Of a stretch of 64,000 nt of DNA, positions 30,434-38,956 are shown one piece after another. Location: contig JAIPIB010000002.1 in NCBI GenBank assembly GCA_021734905.1, positions 111,386 to 175,385 of the forward strand, read 5' to 3'. The stretch comes from Minisyncoccota bacterium. Lineage in GTDB: Bacteria; Patescibacteriota; Minisyncoccia; Phycocordibacterales; UBA918. The notes beneath the pieces are model-generated. The model saw only the letters and a list, made by a program, of their open reading frames with translations, had not been told where the DNA came from and did not search any database. How positions within the stretch are numbered: the first letter of the stretch is position 1; each line of letters starts with the position of its first letter. The position numbers and the translations under genes are program-made.

Positions 30434-30474
30434 CTACAAAAAATGAGCCTTGTTACAGAGCTCATTTTTTGTAG
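30434..30474. terminator. bidirectional terminator
   Basis: CTACAAAAAATGAGC/GCTCATTTTTTGTAG. Confidence 0.75.
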
Positions 30475-30653
30475 CACTAGGCATTAGAATTCAAAGCTTC
30501 TGCCGCGAAGCATAGAAATAGTTGAACCCTGATGCGAAAGCATTAGGGTATTGGCAAAGTGCGCTGAGAAATTTGGACACAATTGCATGGTTCTCTTTTC
30601 TGAAGTCTAAAGATTCAATGACAATGTCTCGCATCAAATAATTATATAGTCTC

Positions 30654-31310
30654 CTACTCTTTAGTTGTTCCTCTTTTACTCTTTTCAGCCAAGTACGCAG
30701 CCACTGCAACTCCTCCATAAATGAGAACACCGAAAATTCCAATTTGTATTGGTGTCGGAGGTACTGCTGGCGCAAAAAATGAGCCTATATAAAAGATTGT
30801 AAGAAAGAAATAGATACCAATAGCCCACTTCCTTGTCCGTATGTTTTCTTCACTTTTAATGAAATACCAGAGACCTACAGTAAGGAATATCACTTCCAGA
30901 AACAACGTTGTGACTGGATAATTCCAAATCCCAAATCCAACTTTGTAACTATTAAAAAATAGCGGTACATCAGGAACATGGACTATCAAATCTAAAAACC
31001 AGTGAGAAAGAACGGCTATGCCCGTGACCATAGCCCATTTCTTATTAAAAAGTTTGTATACAACAAATGCAGAAAGAAAAGCAATGCTGATACTTGTAAA
31101 AAGTGAATGGGTGTACGGGTAATACTCATAGATTGCTCTAAGAAAAACTGATGATGCTTCAGGGTCAAACGACGCCCGTTCAATCCCAAAAAATATAGAC
31201 ACTGCCCACAGCAAATCTACAAACTGTACCCCAAGGAAGATGAGCCATAGTGGAACGTAATTATTCTTTGCTTTCAGGTAGTACCCAAGTGCGTAGTGTC
31301 CTACAAACAT
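30654..31310 (-). CDS. membrane-bound metal-dependent hydrolase-like protein
   Basis: MFVGH, VD, YPYTHSL, SHWFLDLIVH in multiple TMs. Confidence 0.75.
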   Translation of the reverse strand: MFVGHYALGYYLKAKNNYVPLWLIFLGVQFVDLLWAVSIFFGIERASFDPEASSVFLRAIYEYYPYTHSLFTSISIAFLSAFVVYKLFNKKWAMVTGIAVLSHWFLDLIVHVPDVPLFFNSYKVGFGIWNYPVTTLFLEVIFLTVGLWYFIKSEENIRTRKWAIGIYFFLTIFYIGSFFAPAVPPTPIQIGIFGVLIYGGVAVAAYLAEKSKRGTTKE

Positions 31311-31416
31311 ATTTTCATAAACTTAAATTATTTACTTTATTTTACACCAAAACCAAAATAGACAATACATTCATATCATTGTATTTTATGTATGGACAAA
31401 AACAACTGGGGGTCAT

Positions 31417-32058
31417 ATGGATCTACGTGCGCGCTGGAAACAGCTATGGACTGAGGTAGCTGCAGCAAATAGCTCAAGTGTTGATCTGGCCTTTGCCCGA
31501 ATCCTCACTAAATATAACGAGCCTCACCGTGCTTATCACACCTTGAAGCATATCGAAGATTGCCTTACTCTTTTCGACAAGTTCAAACATCTTGCAGCAG
31601 ATACACAAGTAGTAGAAGCTGCTATATGGTGGCAAGATCTGATTTACGACACGAAAGACACTCAGACTAACGAGAGCCGAAGTGCGTCTGTGGCAGAAGT
31701 CGACATGAACCTAATTGGGTGCTCCTCAGCCTTTCAAAGACACGTTGTCGATTCAATTCTCGCTACTAAGCATGATCATGAGGTAGCGACCGATAATCAG
31801 CGACTACTTCTTGATATTGATCTGCATACACTCGGTGTCTCTACGCAGAAGTACAAGCAATATGTGACCGCCATTCGAAAGGAGTATGACTGGGTTCCAT
31901 GGGATGAATATGCGCAGGGGCGAGTAAAGGTGTTACAAGGTTTTCTCAGTCGTGAAAACATTTTTCAACACCCTGCTCTTCGAAAGAAATACGAAGGACA
32001 AGCCAGATTCAATATTCGCCGTGAAATCCGTTTTCTTCAGCGCGAAAAAGCACCGTGA
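31417..32058 (+). CDS. HD-superfamily phosphohydrolase-like protein (COG4339-like)
   Basis: YNEPHRAYHTLKHI, NESRSA, LDIDL, IRKEY, ARFNI; HD dyad reads QD. Confidence 0.8.
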   Translation: MDLRARWKQLWTEVAAANSSSVDLAFARILTKYNEPHRAYHTLKHIEDCLTLFDKFKHLAADTQVVEAAIWWQDLIYDTKDTQTNESRSASVAEVDMNLIGCSSAFQRHVVDSILATKHDHEVATDNQRLLLDIDLHTLGVSTQKYKQYVTAIRKEYDWVPWDEYAQGRVKVLQGFLSRENIFQHPALRKKYEGQARFNIRREIRFLQREKAP

Positions 32059-32088
32059 GGTTCATTTTATTAGTTCTTTGTTTCCTCC

Positions 32089-32128
32089 CTGCCCTACAGA
32101 GCCACATGCTTCTGTAGGGCAGTTTTTT
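32089..32128 (+). terminator. intrinsic terminator
   Basis: CTGCCCTACAGA/TCTGTAGGGCAG plus T6. Confidence 0.8.
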
Positions 32129-32209
32129 ATTCCAGACAAATTCGAACATTAATCCGCAGGGGTGTAGTAAATCAAAAATAACTTTCCTTAAGGATTCTTC
32201 CAAAGAGAA

Positions 32210-34552
32210 TTACAGACCTTTTTCCTCAATACGATTTCCTACGTTAGATACTGCAGAAGGTGTGTCTGATTTAATACGTTTTACTAACTCAAATGTCCAT
32301 GCGTCATACACCTCAACCTCATTTGCTGTCTGTGACACCACATACACAAACTTACCATCGTTAGTAAATTCTGGATGCCATGAACTCTCCCCTTCGACCG
32401 GGCGAATCGTTTTAACGATTTCATCAGTCCGTGCGTCGATTACATAGATTTCATCATGGAATTCTCCAAATGCAGTCTCTGCCCAAACATATGGATACTC
32501 TGGATTTTCAGCAAAAGAGCGGATGAATAAACCAGGACCAGCTGTTTTAATGTATGAAACCGGCTCCCAGGAATTTACATCAATTGAAGTTATGAGCCCT
32601 TCCCCGAGAGCTGGAATATATATTTTGTTTCCCCACATAGCGCCTGGGCCTGTATGCGGAGTTTTTCCAGTTTTTACCTCCTTCACCGGCTCCCAGGTAT
32701 CTGTATCCATGACCCAAACAGTATGTGAACCCATTGAAGCAACAATGTAATATTTCCCATCTGTGGTTAGAAAGGCATCATGAAGAGGAGTCTCATTACT
32801 GCCAATATTCCAATGTTTAGCGATGACAGGAAAATCTGGTTTTGCTGTATCAATAATCCAGACACTATTCAGATCCTTCAGTGCAACAATCACCTTTTCT
32901 CCATCTTCAACCATTGCCCCGACTCGTGATTCAATTTCTTTTCCATTCATTTCACCAATTGTTGGTATTGTCTTTAAAATCTCCATCGAGACCGGGTCCA
33001 CAATCACCACATTTCCTGGAATATAATTTCCAATAGCCAGATATTTTCCATCGTCAGTTAACGCAGTGCCTCGAGAGCTTTCACCTACACTTACTGAAAT
33101 CACTGGCTGAAGTGTATCAAGGTCTATTTTAGTCAACCATCCATCTCGAGCAATTATATACATATACTTAGCATCTTCGGAAAAAACTGATGTGTGCGGT
33201 TGAAAACCAATATCATGAATTCGTCCAAGCTCCATATGTGTCTTTCCATCAATAAAGAGTAATTTCTCAGGATCTTTTTCAACGACCACCAATATGTCGT
33301 GATTATCCCACGAGCCTTCATCCACAAAAAGTTCACGATATGGATTCAACGCAGTTTTTTTCTCGGCTGGATTACCAGAAAACATTGAAACTACGCCGTC
33401 ATCAACACTTCCTATATGTGACTCCATCTGTCTTTCACTAATGCCCGCTCCGTGGTTTCGGTGATAATTTTTTGTTGCATCAGTACCACAGTTAAATGCT
33501 GCTGGATGTAATTTTGATTCTCTTGTCATATCAAAAACAAGATTATCAATACTAATCCAACAATCATCTTTTCTATTGTGTGAAGCTACTTCTTCCATGG
33601 TAAATCCAAGCAAACCAATTTGATACGAACGAACGCGATCACTGACTCCTTCTTCCCTAATCTTTCGATAACTTTCTGTCGAATCTGCGCCACAAGAATA
33701 TACTTCAGGGAATTTTTCGGCTGCTGGACTAGCGTCATAGACGGCGCCATCAATAACAACCAAACAATCCTCAATATTACTATGCAGAGCAACCTCACTA
33801 TATGTATATGTCGTGTTCATTTCCTCAACAGAATTTTGGGTACCAGCATTATCTTGAATCTGTCTTGTCGCTGTTTGCTCTTCAAACATTTTTGTACCAC
33901 TTACAGAAAAAGCAGCAAAACAGATAAAGAGCGCAGTAATACCAACACTTGTTCTTTTTAGGAATTCAAGATTTTTTTGTGAACACGAGTGACGTGCGTT
34001 GTAATAAAATACAAAACCAACAACCAGCAGCGCGGCTAAGTACAAGGAAATTACATCTGTGTAATCTACAGCTATGCGATACATTGCATGATGTAAAATG
34101 ATAAATACCCACGAGACAACGGAGATTGTTTCACTCACGATCAAATGCGCGTTCAAATTCGATGAACTGGCCTCATCTCCAGCTCCAAAAGACTCCTTAT
34201 CCATTTGTTCACTTATTTTCGGTAAATGATAATACTGAAATACAAATGCATTGATTATCATTAGTGTTGCAATAGTCATGTCTGCATAGAAAATACCTAA
34301 ACCAAGCATTGCTTCAGCAGATAACGTAAAGAGACCCACCCCTGCAAAGGCATATAAAATGATCCCGAACCAGACAACCTTACGCGACTGTACCAAGATA
34401 TGAAATTCATCAGCGGATACTTTTCTGTCCCGAATACTCGTCATGAAAAGAATGTTGCTCAATATTGCTGCTCCAGCAGCAATTGAAAGACCAAGCGAAA
34501 AGACCACGAGATAGACAAGGTGTAAATTAAAGACAGATAAAACTTCAGACAT
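32210..34552 (-). CDS. membrane domain + two cytochrome b5-like domains + cytochrome d1 (NirS/NirN-like) beta-propeller fusion
   Basis: ~6 TMs; EVALH..DCLVVIDGAVYD and EEVASHN..DCWISIDNLVFD..LHP..CGTDAT..H; d1 motifs QPH, RDGWLTKIDL, SRV, LHDAF, TPHTGPG, GLFIRS, HPEF. Confidence 0.8.
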   Translation of the reverse strand: MSEVLSVFNLHLVYLVVFSLGLSIAAGAAILSNILFMTSIRDRKVSADEFHILVQSRKVVWFGIILYAFAGVGLFTLSAEAMLGLGIFYADMTIATLMIINAFVFQYYHLPKISEQMDKESFGAGDEASSSNLNAHLIVSETISVVSWVFIILHHAMYRIAVDYTDVISLYLAALLVVGFVFYYNARHSCSQKNLEFLKRTSVGITALFICFAAFSVSGTKMFEEQTATRQIQDNAGTQNSVEEMNTTYTYSEVALHSNIEDCLVVIDGAVYDASPAAEKFPEVYSCGADSTESYRKIREEGVSDRVRSYQIGLLGFTMEEVASHNRKDDCWISIDNLVFDMTRESKLHPAAFNCGTDATKNYHRNHGAGISERQMESHIGSVDDGVVSMFSGNPAEKKTALNPYRELFVDEGSWDNHDILVVVEKDPEKLLFIDGKTHMELGRIHDIGFQPHTSVFSEDAKYMYIIARDGWLTKIDLDTLQPVISVSVGESSRGTALTDDGKYLAIGNYIPGNVVIVDPVSMEILKTIPTIGEMNGKEIESRVGAMVEDGEKVIVALKDLNSVWIIDTAKPDFPVIAKHWNIGSNETPLHDAFLTTDGKYYIVASMGSHTVWVMDTDTWEPVKEVKTGKTPHTGPGAMWGNKIYIPALGEGLITSIDVNSWEPVSYIKTAGPGLFIRSFAENPEYPYVWAETAFGEFHDEIYVIDARTDEIVKTIRPVEGESSWHPEFTNDGKFVYVVSQTANEVEVYDAWTFELVKRIKSDTPSAVSNVGNRIEEKGL

Positions 34553-34727
34553 AATGTAAAATCAAATATTGATAAGTATCTATACCTTTAATAGTACATG
34601 AGCACCACTTCTCATTTTGCGTATTTACTCACACCTTAGTAAAAAATTTATATTTTTGATAAACAAATCAAAAACACCGTCCGGAGCTAGAGTTATCGAG
34701 CGCACTCAAAAAATCACTATACTTTAG

Positions 34728-35894
34728 CTATACCCCAGCAGCGCGACTAATTCTTTCACCAAGAATATTCATGAGTAACGGACTCACAAGCACCGTTATA
34801 ACACTCAGGGTAACGAGTGATGTGAGTAACACCTGATCAATAAGACCAAGTGCAAATGCAGCAAAACCTGTTGCCAAAGTAGTTGATAGTTGAGGAATTG
34901 ATGTAATTGCAAATAGCAAAGCTTCATCTCTTGAAAATCCAACCATCTTCCCTGCCATCCAGCCACTGACAAATTTAGAAATAACAGAACCTAGCACCAC
35001 AAAGGTAACAACCATCCAAGCCCCGCTTACCTCAGAGAAAATAGTTATGTCAGTCTGAAGACCCATAACAATAAAAAAAGTTGGTATAAAGATCCCGTAA
35101 CTTATCGTTCGTATTTTTTCCTTTAAGGCAGGTGTCTTAATTGACCCAGCTAATATCAACCCTGAAAAGAATCCTGCAACAATTGGATGGAGTCCTAGGA
35201 GTTCAAACACCATTACAGTGCCGATCAGTATTAAAAATGTTGAGCGAAACTCAAGCTGGAAAAGATCCGGTCGACCATCAACTATTTGAACAAAAAAGTC
35301 TCGAATTTTTGGAATGAAAAATCGTAATGAGATCAAAGCGACAAGTAACAATGGGTAGAATAAGTACAAAGGCAAAGAAGTTACTGGACTAACATTCTGC
35401 AAAATAAGTGAGAGTACAATCAAGCTCGCCACATCCTGGATAACTGTAGTCATAATCACCGATTGGCCTAATTGTGTATGTAGAAGTTTATGCGTTTCTA
35501 GTGACGGGATTACAACCGCAATTGACGAAGAGATAAACACAACACCGAGAACTAATGAGGTCATAAGACCATACCCGAGAGCCATACCAATCCCTACCCC
35601 AATCACGAACGGGACAGCTCCGTTAATAAATGCTAAAAGAAAAAGCTTACCACCAAAACCATTGAAATTTGAAAACTTAGTTTCAAGTCCAGCCATGAAC
35701 ATAAGAAATATAAGACCAATTTGTCCAATGAATTCAATCGTCGGGTTGATAGTAAGTAAGTTGAATGCATTTGGGCCAAGTATAATGCCACCGATAATCA
35801 AAGCAACTACCCATGGAATATGGGTACGCCTTGAGAGCATTGAAAAAAATACACCGGCGAACAGGGCAAGAAAAAATGGGTAAAATTCAGTCAT
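34728..35894 (-). CDS. cation:proton antiporter (CPA2/KefB-like)
   Basis: GIILGP, LMFMAGLE, SSSIAVV, QDVAS, FIPTFFI; about 12 TMs. Confidence 0.85.
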   Translation of the reverse strand: MTEFYPFFLALFAGVFFSMLSRRTHIPWVVALIIGGIILGPNAFNLLTINPTIEFIGQIGLIFLMFMAGLETKFSNFNGFGGKLFLLAFINGAVPFVIGVGIGMALGYGLMTSLVLGVVFISSSIAVVIPSLETHKLLHTQLGQSVIMTTVIQDVASLIVLSLILQNVSPVTSLPLYLFYPLLLVALISLRFFIPKIRDFFVQIVDGRPDLFQLEFRSTFLILIGTVMVFELLGLHPIVAGFFSGLILAGSIKTPALKEKIRTISYGIFIPTFFIVMGLQTDITIFSEVSGAWMVVTFVVLGSVISKFVSGWMAGKMVGFSRDEALLFAITSIPQLSTTLATGFAAFALGLIDQVLLTSLVTLSVITVLVSPLLMNILGERISRAAGV

Positions 35895-36071
35895 GCTTCA
35901 TAGTATAGCAGAAGTAATTTTTGCAAACTCATTACACTGTTTATTCTAGAAGTATTAATTCACTGAATATTATGTGTATTCTTCATCGTTACTGCCGAGT
36001 ACTTAACGAACAAATGACTGCATCCATTTAAAAACAAATGATACTAGGTCGTAATTTGATAAACTATATCC

Positions 36072-36320
36072 ATGACGAAGAAAATTTCTACAGGTGTTGT
36101 ACATACAGTTCCGTCTGACTTGCGGAAAGTTTTCACCAGTTCACCAGAGACAACTATGCTATGGAATGCCCTCACACCACTTGCGCGTAACGAATGGATT
36201 TGTTGGGTTATTTCAGTCAAAAAACCGGAAACAAGAAAAAAGCATATTGAGCGATTATGTACTGATATCAACAAAGGCAAGCGACGACCTTGTTGTTGGC
36301 CAGGGTGTCCTCACCGATGA
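36072..36320 (+). CDS. YdeI/OmpD-associated family protein
   Basis: VPSDL, WNALTPLARNEWICWV..KKPETR, RRPCCWPGCPHR. Confidence 0.8.
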   Translation: MTKKISTGVVHTVPSDLRKVFTSSPETTMLWNALTPLARNEWICWVISVKKPETRKKHIERLCTDINKGKRRPCCWPGCPHR

Positions 36321-36416
36321 AAACTTTTTAAGCAAAAACCTAACGCTACTCATATACAGAATAAATCCCCTCTTACGAGGAATTTTTAGTAAAAAGATTT
36401 ATGGTTCCCTGCAATC

Positions 36417-36557
36417 TTATTTCTTGTTGATAGCTGACTCAACAATTTCTCTTGGAAGTGCTGCACTTGCCAACAGAGCATCCCTTACTGCCTTGCCTGC
36501 ATCTTCGCCAATCCTAAACATGGGTTTGTGCGTTTCAGGTGGGGATGCAAGGTCCAT
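36417..36557 (-). CDS. 46-aa small protein (not in ORF track)
   Basis: MDLASPPETHKPMFRIGEDAGKAVRDALLASAALPREIVESAINKK; TAGAAT 8 nt upstream; hairpin near 36362-36390 downstream. Confidence 0.45.
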   Translation of the reverse strand: MDLASPPETHKPMFRIGEDAGKAVRDALLASAALPREIVESAINKK

Positions 36558-36635
36558 ACTTGATTATTCTAAAATTTAGTGCTTAATTAAATGCAACCTA
36601 AACATTTTGTTTAGGTTCTTTTGAAGGAGTCCATC

Positions 36636-36935
36636 ATGCTAAAGTCGTCAGGTGTAGTTCTTTTTTGTATCACCTTACTTTGGGGTACTGCTCATGCGCA
36701 AAACTCTTGGAATATGCCGCAACGGCAGTACATTCAGCCAAATGCGGGAGCTACACAAATGTACCCACAACAACACTACGCTGTACCAACATACCAACAA
36801 CACCAGCAACAGTGGCGCCAGCACCAACAGCAGTTTGTGCCGCAACAGCAGTACATTCAGCCAAATGCTGGAGCAACCCAAGTGTACCCGCAACAATACC
36901 AGTCCGCCCCACGTGTGTACTACTATCGGCGCTAA
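36636..36935 (+). CDS. secreted Gln/Tyr/Pro-rich small protein with internal repeat
   Basis: AAGGAG SD, signal peptide ending AHA, QYIQPNAGATQxYPQQ twice. Confidence 0.65.
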   Translation: MLKSSGVVLFCITLLWGTAHAQNSWNMPQRQYIQPNAGATQMYPQQHYAVPTYQQHQQQWRQHQQQFVPQQQYIQPNAGATQVYPQQYQSAPRVYYYRR

Positions 36936-37001
36936 TCTCGCACCAGCTCCACAGCTTGAAGACAGTTTCGTCTTCCTTGCCGGAGCTGTTTTCTTTTCAA
37001 C

Positions 37002-37044
37002 ATTGATTCCTTGACCGAGGACTTGCCTCGGTCAAGGAATCAAT
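37002..37044. repeat. 19-bp perfect inverted repeat with REP-like core
   Basis: ATTGATTCCTTGACCGAGG-ACTTG-CCTCGGTCAAGGAATCAAT. Confidence 0.9.
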
Positions 37045-37177
37045 CAAAATATTTTTTACTAAAAAATAGAAGGCCGGTTGGTAATTTGCATGAAACTACT
37101 TCGTGGGATATAACTGCACTAGGTAGAGTAGATATATTTGCTCTTTTTAGACTCTAGATCACGCAAGGAGACGCATT

Positions 37178-37822
37178 GTGACCAAACCAAAGACGTTACC
37201 CACAGCAAGTCAGTTCACCGGATTCGCACAAGCTCTCTTGAGACGTGGTTTTCAAGAAATACACCCCACCAGCTTTAAAAGAGACCTGGAGAGACTTGGA
37301 CTTACTCCTCCTACACCACGAAGAGGAAGAGAGACGGGCTTCATTTTTTCCAAAAATGGGCTCCAGGTGGTTGTCTGGACGACATTCCTTGAAGCAGAGG
37401 ACCAGGCACGAGAAAAAGACGCCGGCTGGGTTCTGATCAAAGACGGCGACGAACGGTGTTACTTCAAATTAGTGCCACGAACTAAGTATTATCTTCACAA
37501 CCTTCTTGGACACGCATCTGCTGCAAAATGCCGAATTGAAGCGAGGCCATTGTGCCTAATCTGTGGGCAACTCATGAAGATCACCACAGGAAGAGGTTTG
37601 AAGTCACGTTACTGGTCGTGCAAAAATCCTGATGCTCACAGAAAGACAGTGAATTTGCCGTGGGATCATGGACTGCAGCAAGAAGTCCTTGATTTTTTGA
37701 AACCATTCCGTGATCGACGGACTCGCTATCAAAAGACTCTTCGAAAAAATGGCGGTAAACCAGGGACTGCAATGTTCAGAAGAAAGGGTTGGCGCGTAAA
37801 TCGTCCAGAAAATAAAGTCTAG
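37178..37822 (+). CDS. hypothetical basic protein with C-terminal zinc ribbon
   Basis: AAGGAG SD before GTG; PLCLICGQLM...YWSC...H. Confidence 0.7.
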   Translation: MTKPKTLPTASQFTGFAQALLRRGFQEIHPTSFKRDLERLGLTPPTPRRGRETGFIFSKNGLQVVVWTTFLEAEDQAREKDAGWVLIKDGDERCYFKLVPRTKYYLHNLLGHASAAKCRIEARPLCLICGQLMKITTGRGLKSRYWSCKNPDAHRKTVNLPWDHGLQQEVLDFLKPFRDRRTRYQKTLRKNGGKPGTAMFRRKGWRVNRPENKV

Positions 37823-37853
37823 CGTGCACACCCAGAGATAAGCTCCACAAACA

Positions 37854-37886
37854 AAAAAGCCCTGTTTGATACAGGGCTTTTTCTTT
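37854..37886. terminator. bidirectional terminator
   Basis: AAAAAGCCCTGT/ACAGGGCTTTTT. Confidence 0.75.
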
Positions 37887-37991
37887 GCAGATCTTCTTGT
37901 ACTTTTCTACATTAAACTGTCGACGGGGTTATTTCTTTTTCTTTGCAACTTTTTTCTTCGCTGAAACTTTTGTCTTTACTATTTTTGGCTT

Positions 37992-38513
37992 TCATACCTT
38001 CTTAACTGGTTCCTCAGCAGAAGTAATTTCTGTATCTACTATAGTCATTATAGTCTCAGACTTTCCTTTGTCAGCAAGAAGCTCAAGGATTCGGTCAATC
38101 TTCATCTCAAGTTTCTCAATTTTCATTTTGATTTCACTACCCCCTCCACATTTTGATACTTCAGTCGGTTGCCGGTATGTGTGTGAATCGTCACGCCGCT
38201 GTCTAGAATCTTTTGAAAAATTTCCACCTTGTTGTCTATCGTTACTAAAATCATGACTGTCTTTTTTACTCGTGTTCATGAAACAATCACGGCAGTAAAC
38301 TGGCTTATCGCTTGATGGACGAAATGGCACTTCACAACTTTTTTTGCATGAAGAACAGGTAGCTGGAAAAAGGTCTGAACTTCCACCCGAGCCTCCTCGT
38401 TTATCATGTCCTCTACCAAACTTCCCTCCAGATTTTCTATCACCACCAAATTTTGGGCGTCCTCCAAAACCATCGCCTCCCTTTCGGAAACCCTCCTTTT
38501 TGAAATTTTTCAT
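37992..38513 (-). CDS. CxxC-x17-CxxC domain protein
   Basis: G/R/F-rich N-terminus, ATCSSCKKSCEVPFRPSSDKPVYCRDCF, C-terminal coiled coil KIDRIL. Confidence 0.85.
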   Translation of the reverse strand: MKNFKKEGFRKGGDGFGGRPKFGGDRKSGGKFGRGHDKRGGSGGSSDLFPATCSSCKKSCEVPFRPSSDKPVYCRDCFMNTSKKDSHDFSNDRQQGGNFSKDSRQRRDDSHTYRQPTEVSKCGGGSEIKMKIEKLEMKIDRILELLADKGKSETIMTIVDTEITSAEEPVKKV

Positions 38514-38569
38514 TATGCTTATATTATATCATAAATATCATTATTATGCAAGTTTATCACTCCCCACCA

Positions 38570-38610
38570 AGAGATGCCTGAACTTTACATTGTAAAGTTC
38601 AGGCATCTCT
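38570..38610. promoter_or_regulatory. 20-bp perfect inverted repeat over the -35 of the hxlR-family promoter
   Basis: AGAGATGCCTGAACTTTACA-T-TGTAAAGTTCAGGCATCTCT; TTGTAA-17 nt-TATATT. Confidence 0.6.
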
Positions 38611-38626
38611 GGTATATTCCCCCTGT

Positions 38627-38929
38627 ATGACACGCAGGACAAAGCACACATGCCCAATTACGAAGGTAATTACTCTTCTTTCAGATCGTTGGACAATGTT
38701 TATAATGAGCGCACTTATTGAAGAACCAAAGAGATTTTCCGAGCTTGAGAAGTGGCTTGAACAAATTTCTTCACGGACACTAACGCTTAAACTAAAAAAA
38801 CTTGTTGAGGAGGGTTTTGTACAAAAATCAGATTCCGGGGTTTACAGTCTTACAAAAAAGGGGCAAGGCTTAAGAATAGTCGTGCGCGCAATGAAGAAGT
38901 ATAACGACCTGTACCTACGATTTCAGTAA
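38627..38929 (+). CDS. HxlR-family winged-helix regulator
   Basis: CPI...LLSDRWT, RFSELE, ISSRTLTLKLKKL, YSLTKKG. Confidence 0.9.
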   Translation: MTRRTKHTCPITKVITLLSDRWTMFIMSALIEEPKRFSELEKWLEQISSRTLTLKLKKLVEEGFVQKSDSGVYSLTKKGQGLRIVVRAMKKYNDLYLRFQ

Positions 38930-38956
38930 ATGAATTATTAATATTATCTTTTACAT

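Noticed and set aside
30491-30775. 94-aa minus-strand ORF
   Set aside because: It overlaps the hydrolase 3' end by over 100 nt with no motif; a shorter remnant cannot be excluded.
32210-34552. Calling the gene nirS (denitrification)
   Set aside because: It has no c-heme domain, mixed NirS/NirN features and no nir accessory genes in the window; function is unproven.
36094-36579. 161-aa ORF from the track
   Set aside because: It overlaps the YdeI-like gene out of frame, crosses a hairpin and lies antisense to a better small ORF.
29385-36990. Genomic island bounded by attL/attR at tRNA-Asn (CCGGAGC at about 34681 and 36980)
   Set aside because: The distal matches are short enough to occur by chance and no integrase is present.
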